NCBI GenBank assembly: GCA_044225505.1
Contig: JBGAIN010000004.1
Coordinates: 17,689 to 81,688 of the forward strand
Reading direction: 5' to 3'
DNA from: Limisphaerales bacterium
GTDB lineage: Bacteria; Verrucomicrobiota; Verrucomicrobiia; Limisphaerales; SIBE01
Length of the DNA stretch: 64,000 bases
Notes under the pieces: generated by a model
The model's database searches: none
The model's input: the letters and a program-made list of their open reading frames with translations, nothing else
What the model was told of the DNA's origin: nothing
Position numbers and translations under genes: made by a program
Shown: piece by piece, positions 1 through 9,517 of the stretch
Layout: each line of letters begins with the position of its first letter
How positions within the stretch are numbered: position 1 is the stretch's first letter

Positions 1-1648
1 GCGCATTGGTGACGCTCACCAAAGAAAGCCCCGTGCGAACCTGCACTTGTTCACCCCCCCGTGTCTTAAACTCCACGAAGGCACCGCAATCGCCGGAACC
101 GATGACTTCCTGCGCATTGGTTGTCACTTGATCGCCGTTCCATCCGCCCAAGGTGTCGAACGGACGGCTGAACTGCATGACGAAATGCAGGTCGTAACGC
201 TGATCGCCGTTATAGTAGAGTTCCGGAAAGTCTGTCTGGATGGTTCCTTCCAGCTCCACTGGACCTGTGCGCCGGACAGTCGCGCCCAGCACTTTCATTT
301 CGTATTCGTTAGGGAGCAAGAAGTCCAAAAGCACTCGGGCACTGTCGCTGGCGGGGAATGTGTATCGTTGCAACGACGCTCGGGTCGTGGCCGTGAGCTC
401 GGCGCGGATTCCACTGTCCTTGAGAAAGACTTCGTAAAAGCCGACTCCTCCCTGTTCGGTCGATTTGTCAAAGCGCGAACTGTATCCTGTTCCTTCCAGA
501 CCTGGATTGGTCCGCAAAGGCCCCACGGTTGGCATTACACCTAATCCGCCCATCGTCCATTCGTGAATGTGACTGAAACAATCAATAAACTCGTGGGAGT
601 ATTCGTAGCCAGCAATCCAACCTTGAGTTTGATTGTCTGGAGCCAGCTTGACCATACCGAACGGCATCCAGGGTCCGGGCGCAATCATCCATCGCGAATG
701 GGCCGTTCCCTTGAACACGTCCACGTAGTCCGCTGGCGTGACTCGTGGCGAAGCGACCAACGCCAGATCCACATCTCGCAAAAGAACGCCTTCAGCACTG
801 ACTCGCACACTTGTGTTCTGTCCTGGCCGCGCCACCGCGGGAATCTCCAAGACCTGCAGTCCTGCGTCGAGCGACCATTCCTTCGGCGCCGTCGTGCCAA
901 ACTGCACCTCCAGTTTGCCCGGTTCATCGTGTTGATAAACCTCAATGCGCACAGTGGCGTTTTCGTTTCGACCCTTGCTGACGGCATAGGGCAAAGCGCT
1001 CACACGACGAACGATCGTTCGCACCACCGGCTGCAACTTCGTTCCGGTGGGCGCCTTCAGGCGCAACGAGTCTACCAACAGCCAACTTCCTCGCGTGGCG
1101 CGCAGAGCCACCTCGTTGTATCCTCGCCGGAGGGTTGAGGCTGGGAACTCAAAGCGCGCGCTGTGTGGCTTCGCTTTGGCATAGTCGCCGCGTAAGCTGT
1201 CATCCCCTCCGCCCGCAGGGATATCCAGCTCTTGAATAGCGCCGTTGAGTGTCACCCGCACGCGTGGCGGCAAACCGCTCGAAGTATCGCAGACGTCCAA
1301 GACCACGACGCATTGCCCTTCGTCCGGCCACGCTTCGAGCATGAACCCGACCGGCAACGTGTTCATCTGATCCCAACGCCCATCCTGTCCACTGCCCGCC
1401 CACGCATCTCGGGGGCCGGGTAGAACGCTCGACCAGTCTTTGCCCGGATCGGATATCCCAATGTAAAAGGCCCGATCTGGACTCCCAAAATGCTGCAGGA
1501 ATTGAGTGTATCCGTTCTGCGCCAGAGCGAACTCCGAGGCGCTTCCATCCTTCTTGCCAATCTGCCACAAGGTTTCCAGTTGTGCGGCCGCACTCCCAGA
1601 GAGGCTCGCTATCATCCAGGAAAACAAAAATGCTCGCTTTGTATTCAT
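1..1648 (-). CDS. Partial CDS (N-terminal 549 codons; the 3' end runs off the left edge): secreted GH92-like alpha-mannosidase with an extra ~300-aa N-terminal domain
   Basis: Absent from the ORF track because it is truncated. My translation of the minus strand from the ATG (complement of 1646-1648) stays open to position 1. It gives MNTKRAFLFSWMIASLSGSAAAQ (signal peptide), then PGPWMPFGMVKLAPDNQTQGW.AGYEYSHEFIDCFSHIHEWTMGGLGVMPTVG, then GGEQVQVRTGLSLVSVTNA. These blocks resemble GH92 motifs recalled from memory (PFGMV..PD, GFSHTH.SGTG, vkvGiSfvS.enA). Confidence 0.6.
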   Translation of the reverse strand, partial: MNTKRAFLFSWMIASLSGSAAAQLETLWQIGKKDGSASEFALAQNGYTQFLQHFGSPDRAFYIGISDPGKDWSSVLPGPRDAWAGSGQDGRWDQMNTLPVGFMLEAWPDEGQCVVVLDVCDTSSGLPPRVRVTLNGAIQELDIPAGGGDDSLRGDYAKAKPHSARFEFPASTLRRGYNEVALRATRGSWLLVDSLRLKAPTGTKLQPVVRTIVRRVSALPYAVSKGRNENATVRIEVYQHDEPGKLEVQFGTTAPKEWSLDAGLQVLEIPAVARPGQNTSVRVSAEGVLLRDVDLALVASPRVTPADYVDVFKGTAHSRWMIAPGPWMPFGMVKLAPDNQTQGWIAGYEYSHEFIDCFSHIHEWTMGGLGVMPTVGPLRTNPGLEGTGYSSRFDKSTEQGGVGFYEVFLKDSGIRAELTATTRASLQRYTFPASDSARVLLDFLLPNEYEMKVLGATVRRTGPVELEGTIQTDFPELYYNGDQRYDLHFVMQFSRPFDTLGGWNGDQVTTNAQEVIGSGDCGAFVEFKTRGGEQVQVRTGLSLVSVTNA

Positions 1649-1670
1649 AACGTGTGGTCAGAAGTATGCT

Positions 1671-3428
1671 TCACGGTCTAACGAAAGCTTGGAGAGTTGC
1701 CAATTCCTCAGCCAGTCCAGCACCGATCGGCCGAATCATGTAAGGACCTATCGCTGCCGGGACAATGAACGTTTCAGCGTAATGCACGGGAAATGGAGAG
1801 AACGCCCTGTCCGGACTCTCGATCACAGCTTCGGATCCTTGGACAAGGTTCAACACATGGACGGTGCCCTGGGTATGGTGCGTGACCGGTTTGGTAAACC
1901 AATGCCGGCGGGTTTCAATAAACTCCCGTTCGTGCAGACCGGTGCGCTCTTCGCGCCAACCATCACCCGCCGTGAGTGGAGTGACACGCTGGATCAGATG
2001 CTCACGCACCCAGGACGTGGTTCGATCCCATTGCAGATTCGCCAAGCCATGCTCGAGATGCACCGGGCGCGGCTTACCGTCGAGTCCGAGCCGTCCCCAA
2101 TCCCACATCTTGAACGTGAAGATGTAAGGGGTTGCGCTAATCTCGAGCACGAGCGAGTTCGCACCGCTGCAATGGACCGTCCCCGCTGGAATCAGGAAAT
2201 GGTCGTGCTTTCGGGCAGGCCAGCGATTCGCATATCGATCGGCCGCAAACGGCGCTCCCCCGGATTGCGCGATTTGGAGGTCGCGGGCCATTGCTCCGGG
2301 ATCAACCCCATCCCGCAGCCCGAGATAAACGCTGGCGTCCTTGCCGGCATCGAGCAGGTAATAGCTTTCGTCCTGCGTATAATGCATGCCGAAATGATGT
2401 TGAATGTACTCCGTTAACGGGTGGACCTGGAACGACAGGTTCCCGCCTCCCATGGTGTCTAACAGATCGAAGCGGATTGGGAATTCGTCTCCAAATCGGG
2501 CATGGACCGCTTCTCCGAGCAGCGCCCGAGGTTGATCAAAGACGACATTGATCGAAGGCACTTCCACTCGCGTGCCTCCGAATTCGAGCAGCAAGCTGTT
2601 TTCCTCGGGCACGCAATCGAAACACCAGCCGTAGTTCTTCTCACCCCGATCGAGATCACAGACTTCTTTCATCCACTGTCCGCCCCACGGGGCCGGGTCG
2701 AAGAACGGCACAACCCGAAATGGTTGAGTCACTGTCTGACGAAAGCCCCGGCGAATCGCTGCGCCGTTCACCAACTTAGGTTCCTCTGGAAGATGGGTGT
2801 CGAGCAGATAGTCCCATTTACGAATCAAAGAACGCTTCCAGCGATCGCATACCCGCCAATCGACAAAAAAAGCCCGCTTATACTTGGGTCCAGCAGGCCA
2901 GGCGCGGTTGTCGGCGCCTAGATTCCCTGTCTCTTTACGCCGAAAGCGGAGTTGTGCTTCCCAGCGCGCGAGGTCCGCATAGACCAAAATGTCTGGCGGA
3001 TAGATCCACGCCGCGCCACAACCGACAACGAGAACCACCCCTTGAGCCACCTCGGTGACCTGGGATCGATAATGCGCACAGCGATGAGACTCAAAAAACT
3101 GGGGTAGAGTTAGCGGCGACAGAAAGCCAAACACGGGATCATCCCCCCCCAAGAATGGACTGACCAACGCATCAATCTCCGCTGGAGGACGGAGGGCGTC
3201 TGCGGCTCGGATTGTCAACGAGGGGGCGAGGCGTTTTGCCAAGGCGCTCAGCACCTCATCCTCAGCAACGCCCGGGTAACACTCGACTCCCACCACGGTC
3301 TTAGGGCGACCTGCCGCCGCGATGCCTTCACGCAATCGCTGTGCAATCGCGTCCCAGCCTCGGACGCAAGCGCCTTCTCCATCAGGCACAGAGACCACCG
3401 GGAACTTGTCGTAATTGGATAATTTCAC
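1671..3428 (-). CDS. Class I mannose-6-phosphate isomerase-like cupin protein with a ~230-aa N-terminal extension of unknown function
   Basis: ORF 1671..3578 (635 aa). The C-terminal half carries PMI type I-like blocks: NLSFQVHPLTEYIQHHFG, DESYYLLDAG, HDHFLIPAGTVHCSG. The first ~50 codons overlap the upstream ROK gene. An in-frame GTG at 3428 lies 5 nt after the ROK stop (3433), so it is the more likely start. The start remains uncertain. Confidence 0.6.
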   Translation of the reverse strand: MKLSNYDKFPVVSVPDGEGACVRGWDAIAQRLREGIAAAGRPKTVVGVECYPGVAEDEVLSALAKRLAPSLTIRAADALRPPAEIDALVSPFLGGDDPVFGFLSPLTLPQFFESHRCAHYRSQVTEVAQGVVLVVGCGAAWIYPPDILVYADLARWEAQLRFRRKETGNLGADNRAWPAGPKYKRAFFVDWRVCDRWKRSLIRKWDYLLDTHLPEEPKLVNGAAIRRGFRQTVTQPFRVVPFFDPAPWGGQWMKEVCDLDRGEKNYGWCFDCVPEENSLLLEFGGTRVEVPSINVVFDQPRALLGEAVHARFGDEFPIRFDLLDTMGGGNLSFQVHPLTEYIQHHFGMHYTQDESYYLLDAGKDASVYLGLRDGVDPGAMARDLQIAQSGGAPFAADRYANRWPARKHDHFLIPAGTVHCSGANSLVLEISATPYIFTFKMWDWGRLGLDGKPRPVHLEHGLANLQWDRTTSWVREHLIQRVTPLTAGDGWREERTGLHEREFIETRRHWFTKPVTHHTQGTVHVLNLVQGSEAVIESPDRAFSPFPVHYAETFIVPAAIGPYMIRPIGAGLAEELATLQAFVRP

Positions 3429-3432
3429 AGCT

Positions 3433-4383
3433 TCAAGTCGACCGACGTTCTGCCAAAAGCCACTCCCCCGCCAAGAGCGGAGCCGAGTCGCCAAGTTCGC
3501 TCGCAGCCAACCGCACTTTCCCCCAAGGGGTGTGGGCATGCGTCTCAACGTATTGACGGAGAGCAGGCAAAATGACATCGCCGCTCGCCATAATCCCCCC
3601 CCCTAAGATCAGCAACTCAGGATCATACGCATGGATCAAGCTGACGGCCATGGCACTCCAGACACCGAGGCTTCGGTCGCGCAGTCCAATGGCGCACGGG
3701 TCTCCCGCCGCCGCGGTTTCGAATACCGTCCGGTAATCCACGATAGGCGCCGAGCGGAGAAGACTCGTCGACCAATCCGGGGAACTGACCGCCAGTTCAT
3801 TCAAGTGACCAGTGGAGGCTTCTGCTTCGGCACAGCCCACATTGCCGCAACTGCAGCGGCGTCCACCCACCTGGATTGTGGCGTGGCCTCCCAAAACACC
3901 TGCTTGACCATGGCAACCGCGAAGCAAACGTCCTTCGACAATTGCCGCTGTGCCCAAACCAGTGCCCAGGGTCATCATCACCACGTCCTCGCATCCACGT
4001 CCGGCTCCGAACTTCCATTCTCCCACCAACGCCATGCGCGCGTCGTTCTCGATCGCAAATGGCAAGTTGAATTCTGTTCGCGCCCAGGAGCGAAGGTCGA
4101 GGGTCGGGGCATCGGCATATTTGCCGTAGGTATCCAAAATCCGCCCCGTTTTGGGATCCATTAAGCTGGGGAACGCCATGGTCACCCCGATACACTGGGT
4201 GAGTTTCAGCTGTGATTCACGCAAAAGGCGCAGCCACGCTTCGCGAATCCCGGGCAATTGCGCCCGCAGCCCCTGGTCAGAATGGGCGTCGACGACAACA
4301 CTCGACAGAACGCGCCCCGCGTGCACGAGGCCGATCTTCATGCGCGTCCCACCTAAATCACAGGCCAGCAGGGTTCCATTCAT
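3433..4383 (-). CDS. ROK-family sugar kinase (glucokinase, mannokinase or N-acetylhexosamine kinase type)
   Basis: 316-aa ORF. N-terminal ATP-binding block LACDLGGTRMKIGLV, ROK signature ENDARMALVGEWKFGAG, and zinc motif CSCGNVGCAEA. Confidence 0.85.
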   Translation of the reverse strand: MNGTLLACDLGGTRMKIGLVHAGRVLSSVVVDAHSDQGLRAQLPGIREAWLRLLRESQLKLTQCIGVTMAFPSLMDPKTGRILDTYGKYADAPTLDLRSWARTEFNLPFAIENDARMALVGEWKFGAGRGCEDVVMMTLGTGLGTAAIVEGRLLRGCHGQAGVLGGHATIQVGGRRCSCGNVGCAEAEASTGHLNELAVSSPDWSTSLLRSAPIVDYRTVFETAAAGDPCAIGLRDRSLGVWSAMAVSLIHAYDPELLILGGGIMASGDVILPALRQYVETHAHTPWGKVRLAASELGDSAPLLAGEWLLAERRST

Positions 4384-4786
4384 GCAATGGAGAGAGCATC
4401 GGCGCTGCGAGTTCGCCCGTCACGCCGGATTATTGCAGTCGGCCGCGCTCGAGCTGGCCGAAGCCTTGGCCAACGGGACCTTGCTCATCCCCGGGCCTAC
4501 CCCATCGCGGTGGTTACGATCCGCTATCGGGTGTATTCGAATCGTCACGAACTCTGCCCGGAATTCCCACGAGACTCATTGACACTGATCAAGCATTGCG
4601 CCTCCGAGGTTGGCTTTTCTTGGCCGGGCGTCGCCGTTTCTACGGCGGCGATCGCGTATCAGCGCGCGCGAATTGGGAAACATTCATTTTTAGACTTGTT
4701 CTGCAGGCGTGACCGGAGCACAACCAGATGTGTGGGTATAGGTAAGGCCAACGTGAAGACTCCAACCCTCAATATTTTCTGATCCC

Positions 4787-6118
4787 ATGCGTCTTGTTCA
4801 ACGAATCACCCGTCGTCAGGCCATCAAATCCGCAGCAGCTTTTGCGGCAGTGAGTGTTGTTCCGCGCTACGTGCTGGGCGGCGCTGGACAAGTGCCGCCC
4901 AGCGAGCGGCTGAACATCGCGGGAGTCGGCCTTGGCGGCATGGGTTCGGGCGACATCCGCGCGGTTACCAGCGAGAACGTCGTCGCGCTGTGCGATGTGG
5001 ATCAGAGCGCGTTAGCAAGGAACGCACGCGACTTTCCTAAAGCCACGACTCACACGGATTACCGCCGCATGTTTGACTGTCTAAAGGAGATCGATGCGGT
5101 CATGGTGGCCACGCCGGATCACCAGCATGCCATTATCAGTCTTACGGCGATGCGTCTTGGCAAACATGTCCACTGCCAGAAGCCGCTCACTCACTCGGTC
5201 TACGAAGCTCGCCTCATGGCGAAGGTGGCGCGCGAAAGCAAGGTGGCCACCCAAATGGGCAACCAAGGTCAAGCGAGTGAATCTGCTCGACTCATTGTGG
5301 AGACCATCCAATCGGGTGTGCTCGGTTCCATCCGCGAGATCCACGCGGGCTCAAACCGGTTCCCTCCCATTTCACCACGCGGCGTCCGGCGCCCAAAGGA
5401 AACACCGCCCGTGCCTGCTCAATTGGACTGGGACTTGTGGCTTGGGCCGGCCCCGGAACGGCCCTACCACCCAACGTATCACCCATTCAGCTGGCGCGGG
5501 TGGTGGGATTTTGGCACCGGTGTGCTCGGCGATATCGGTTGCCATCAACTCTCCGCTGTGTTTAAGGCATTGAAGTTAGGCGACCCAGCGTGGGTCGAAG
5601 CCTCTTCTTCCAATCACCAGTGCCCCCCTGAAATCGCCAATGAAACTGCCCCCATGTCGTCGGTGACCCATTGGTTCTTCCCTGCCACAACCGACCGGGC
5701 GGCCCTGACGATCCATTGGTGGGATGGCGGCCTCAAACCCACCTGCCCGGACGAGTTTCAACCCAGCCGCGACTTCGCCGAGAACGACTGGCTGCTCACC
5801 GTAGGTGACAAAGGCAAGATGTACGGCCACGAATTGATCCCAGCGGAGCGTGCGAAAGAAGTTGGGCCACCGCCGCGAGTTGTTTCCCGATCCCCAGGGC
5901 ACTACGTGGAGTGGATCCAAGCGTGCAAAGGAGGAGCCCCGGCCGGCTCGGACTTTGTCCTTCATGCCGCGCACTTAGCGGAAGTGGTGCTGCTCGGCAA
6001 CATCGCACTTCGAACGAAAGAGAAGCTTTACTGGGACGCGCCCAACCTTCGTTTTACAAACTCCGAAGCTGCGAACCTGCTTTTGCAGCCACCTTACCGA
6101 ACCGGCTGGAACATCTAG
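4787..6118 (+). CDS. TAT-exported Gfo/Idh/MocA-family oxidoreductase
   Basis: 443-aa ORF. Twin-arginine signal ITRRQAIKSAAAFAAVS, Rossmann block LNIAGVGLGGMG, and typical DAVMVATPDHQH and KHVHCQKPL blocks. Confidence 0.85.
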   Translation: MRLVQRITRRQAIKSAAAFAAVSVVPRYVLGGAGQVPPSERLNIAGVGLGGMGSGDIRAVTSENVVALCDVDQSALARNARDFPKATTHTDYRRMFDCLKEIDAVMVATPDHQHAIISLTAMRLGKHVHCQKPLTHSVYEARLMAKVARESKVATQMGNQGQASESARLIVETIQSGVLGSIREIHAGSNRFPPISPRGVRRPKETPPVPAQLDWDLWLGPAPERPYHPTYHPFSWRGWWDFGTGVLGDIGCHQLSAVFKALKLGDPAWVEASSSNHQCPPEIANETAPMSSVTHWFFPATTDRAALTIHWWDGGLKPTCPDEFQPSRDFAENDWLLTVGDKGKMYGHELIPAERAKEVGPPPRVVSRSPGHYVEWIQACKGGAPAGSDFVLHAAHLAEVVLLGNIALRTKEKLYWDAPNLRFTNSEAANLLLQPPYRTGWNI

Positions 6119-6156
6119 AATTGACATAAGGTCTCCTCACTCACCAGGATGCTATC

Positions 6157-7572
6157 ATGAACTCCTCCCCTCAGACGCTTTCCTCACGCCGTGAGTTTCT
6201 CAAAACCTCTGGCCGCGCCGCGGCGCTTTCCGCGCTGGCCGGCGTTGCGCTGCCGCACGTGCACGCGGTCGGCGATAGCACTATTCAACTGGCGCTCATC
6301 GGCTGTGGCGGTCGAGGAAGTGGCGCCGTCGCCAACGCCATGTCTGCGGGCGGTCTGGTGCTGAATGACAGCACGAACGCTCAACGGGCGGAACGCACCG
6401 GCGCCGCCGGACCTGTCAAGCTCGTGGCCATGGCGGATATTCGCCAGGACCGGTTAGACCAAACCCACAAGAATCTGACGGAAGTGCTCGGTGCCGACAA
6501 CATTGATGTGCCTGGCGATCGCCGGTTTCTGGGTTTTGATGCGTATCGTCACGCGATCGATAGTCTACGTCCCGGCGGTGTCGCCATGCTGACCACCCAT
6601 GCGGCTTTTCGCGCGATTCACTTAGAGTATGCGGTGTTGAAAGGCGTTAATGTCTTCATGGAAAAATGCTTCGCCGCCGACCCCGGGGGCATCCATCGAT
6701 TGCTGCGCGCTGGAGAAGCCGCCGCGTCCAAGAACCTCAAAGTCGGCACGGGACTGATGTGCCGGCATTCGTCGGCCCGCCAAGCGTTGATGCAAAAGAT
6801 TCGTGAAGGAGCGATGGGTGACATCCAGCTCATCCGGGCTTATCGGATGGATCCGGGCTATTTCATGGGTCCATTCCCTGGCGGACAGAACGAACTCCTC
6901 TGGCAATTGAGCCCTGGGCATCCCTACCAGTTCCTCTGGGCGTCTGGAGGCGTTTTTATCGAACTGATGATCCACCAGATCGACGAATGCTTCTGGATCA
7001 AGGATTCTTTGCCGGTATCAGCGCATGGCGTTGGAGGACGCTTCGCGGGCAGCACCGATTGCAGCCAAAATCTGGATAGCTACTCGATCGAATATACGTT
7101 TGCTGACGGCACCAAGGCTGCCATTACCGGAAGGTACATTCCCAATTGCGCCAACGACTTTGCCACCTACGTCCACGGGACGAAATGTGCCGCCAAGTTC
7201 TCGGGCAACATTCACGCTCCGACCTCCTGGCTCTATAAGGATCAGCGCGTGGACCCATCGAACATCGGCTGGCGAGCGCCTAAAGAAACGCTGAATCCGT
7301 GGCAAGCAGAGTGGGATGCCCTGCTCAGCGCGATTCGCAATGATCGTCCGCACAACGAGACCAGGCGGGCGGCGCTTTCGAATCTCGGAGCGATCATGGG
7401 CCGAGCGGCGGTCCATTCGGGCAAGGAGATCACTTGGGATGAAGTCATGCATTCCGACTTCAAGTTTTGTTCGAATGTCGATGAACTGACGGCGAACAGC
7501 CCAGCACCGGTGCAAGCAAATGCCCAAGGTGCCTACCCCGCGCCGATCCCAGGAAAGACCGTCGAAGTCTAG
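6157..7572 (+). CDS. TAT-exported Gfo/Idh/MocA-family oxidoreductase (second, divergent copy)
   Basis: 471-aa ORF 38 nt downstream of the previous gene. Near-consensus TAT signal SSRREFLKTSGRAAALSALAG, Rossmann block LALIGCGGRGSGA, and VNVFMEKCFA block. Confidence 0.8.
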   Translation: MNSSPQTLSSRREFLKTSGRAAALSALAGVALPHVHAVGDSTIQLALIGCGGRGSGAVANAMSAGGLVLNDSTNAQRAERTGAAGPVKLVAMADIRQDRLDQTHKNLTEVLGADNIDVPGDRRFLGFDAYRHAIDSLRPGGVAMLTTHAAFRAIHLEYAVLKGVNVFMEKCFAADPGGIHRLLRAGEAAASKNLKVGTGLMCRHSSARQALMQKIREGAMGDIQLIRAYRMDPGYFMGPFPGGQNELLWQLSPGHPYQFLWASGGVFIELMIHQIDECFWIKDSLPVSAHGVGGRFAGSTDCSQNLDSYSIEYTFADGTKAAITGRYIPNCANDFATYVHGTKCAAKFSGNIHAPTSWLYKDQRVDPSNIGWRAPKETLNPWQAEWDALLSAIRNDRPHNETRRAALSNLGAIMGRAAVHSGKEITWDEVMHSDFKFCSNVDELTANSPAPVQANAQGAYPAPIPGKTVEV

Positions 7573-7631
7573 GTGCGCGGCGAATTGGAAAAGCCCACCA
7601 TCGAGGCGACCCAAGCGCGTTCCTTCAATCT

Positions 7632-9398
7632 GTGAAAACAATCGATTCACTGGCGGCGAAGCTTCCCCGGATCACACTGGCGCTAGCCTTCTTCGGATGC
7701 ACAGCGCCATGGCTACAGGCGGCTCCAGATAGACTTGCTCTCCATCTCTCCGCAGGGAAACCTGCGGTGTGGGAACGCCTCGAAATCCAGATTGCTGGAC
7801 CGGCCGGCGGAGCTAACCCCTTCGACCCCGATGGAGCGGCCGTCGACATGGACGTCCGCGGCCCTACGGGAAGAACATCGCGCGTGCCTGGCTTTTTCTA
7901 CCGCGCTTATGAACGCCGCTTGGAGGGGAATCGTGAAGCCCTCTCCCCGGAAGGTTCAGACGGTTGGCGCGTACGCTGGCTGCCGCTTGAGCCCGGCCAG
8001 CATCATCTCACCGTCACGGCGACCATCGACGGGCAAGTGACGGGCACCGGACAACTGGACGTCGAAGTGGCCGCTAGTCAGAAACCAGGCATCGTCCGAG
8101 TGGATCCGGACAGCCACCGTTATTTTCAGACGTCAGACAGCCGCCCGCTTTTCTTGAACGGACTTTGCGCGTGCTGGCATGGCGGCCGGGGGACTTACGA
8201 CTACGACGATTGGCTCTCCGCTTACGAAAAGGCCGGGATCAACTACATCCGAATCTGGATGTGGCACCACGCCTTCGGCCTCGAATGGGACCGGCAAGAC
8301 AAGACCCGATACCGCCTGGACAATGCCTGGCGGCTGGACCGTGTCCTGGAAGAAGCCGAGCGCCGCGGTGTTTACGTGATGTTATGCTTGGATTACCACG
8401 GAACATTCGAGGTCAAACCCGACTTTTGGGGTGGGAACAATTACTGGCCACGCCATCCCTACAATGCGGCCAATGGTGGACCTTGCCAGACGCAGAACGA
8501 CTTCTTTACGAGTGAGCAAGCCCAAAAGCTTTACCAAAAGCGTCTCCGTTACATCGTGGCGCGCTGGTCGGCATTTCCCAATCTGCTTGCCTGGGAGTTT
8601 TTCAACGAGATCGACAACGAATATGCCTATCTGAAACACGAGGACGTGGTCCGCTGGCATGCCAGCATGGGACGCCACTTGCGCGCGCTCGATCCCGTGG
8701 GTCATCTGATTTCCTCCAGCTTTACCGGGGGGAGCGAGCGCCCGGATCTCTTCGCGCTCCCCGAGATGGACTTTGCCCAGTACCACTCTTACAACGAAAA
8801 GCACCCCGCCCGCATGACAGCGGAAAAGACCGCGCGCTTTTTCGAGAAATATCGGAAGCCATTCTTCGTGAGCGAATATGGCACGGACTGGAAAGGCTGG
8901 AAGCCGGACACCGATCCGCACTTTCGCGCCTTACACCAAGCCGTGTGGAGTGGCGCCTTTACCGGGGCTGCGGGCACAGCCATGACCTGGTGGTGGGAGA
9001 GCATCCATTCCGCGAACCTTTACCAACATTGGTCGGCATTGCGAGCCTTCCTTAACGGCACCTCGATCGGTCAAAGCGCGCTTAAGTTGGCGACGTTTCC
9101 CAAGACCGATCCCTCCGTCAGCCCGTTCGGGTTGAGCAGCGGCGCCGAAATGCTCCTCTGGTTCGTGGACCGAAACTGCGATTGGCCCGAGGGCGCGACC
9201 AACGCCGCCCCTGCGGCGGTTACCGGTGCCAAGGTCAGCGTCGGTCCGGCCCAGGACGGAAGTTGGAGCGTCGAATGGTGGGACACGCTCGCTGGCCGCG
9301 CGGTTAGCCAGGCGGCCGTCGAAGCCTCGGGCGGCTACTTGAATCTGGAACTGCCCAGCTTCCAAGCGGACATTGCCGGCCGGCTGCGAAAGCGTTAG
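7632..9398 (+). CDS. Secreted GH5-like (clan GH-A) glycoside hydrolase with an N-terminal Ig-like (DUF5060-like) domain
   Basis: 588-aa ORF with a GTG start and signal peptide LPRITLALAFFGCTAPWLQA. Candidate acid/base motif LAWEFFNEID and nucleophile motif PFFVSEYG sit at a spacing typical of GH5. Confidence 0.65.
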   Translation: MKTIDSLAAKLPRITLALAFFGCTAPWLQAAPDRLALHLSAGKPAVWERLEIQIAGPAGGANPFDPDGAAVDMDVRGPTGRTSRVPGFFYRAYERRLEGNREALSPEGSDGWRVRWLPLEPGQHHLTVTATIDGQVTGTGQLDVEVAASQKPGIVRVDPDSHRYFQTSDSRPLFLNGLCACWHGGRGTYDYDDWLSAYEKAGINYIRIWMWHHAFGLEWDRQDKTRYRLDNAWRLDRVLEEAERRGVYVMLCLDYHGTFEVKPDFWGGNNYWPRHPYNAANGGPCQTQNDFFTSEQAQKLYQKRLRYIVARWSAFPNLLAWEFFNEIDNEYAYLKHEDVVRWHASMGRHLRALDPVGHLISSSFTGGSERPDLFALPEMDFAQYHSYNEKHPARMTAEKTARFFEKYRKPFFVSEYGTDWKGWKPDTDPHFRALHQAVWSGAFTGAAGTAMTWWWESIHSANLYQHWSALRAFLNGTSIGQSALKLATFPKTDPSVSPFGLSSGAEMLLWFVDRNCDWPEGATNAAPAAVTGAKVSVGPAQDGSWSVEWWDTLAGRAVSQAAVEASGGYLNLELPSFQADIAGRLRKR

Positions 9399-9517
9399 CC
9401 AATCCAAGCAGGCGGTTGTCGACTGCCCCATAACGCCCGACGCACCGGCGTTTGACGAATCACCCTCGCCTCGCGTGGCGCCCGGCTTTTGCGGTTGTGC
9501 GCGATTCTCGCCAGCCG

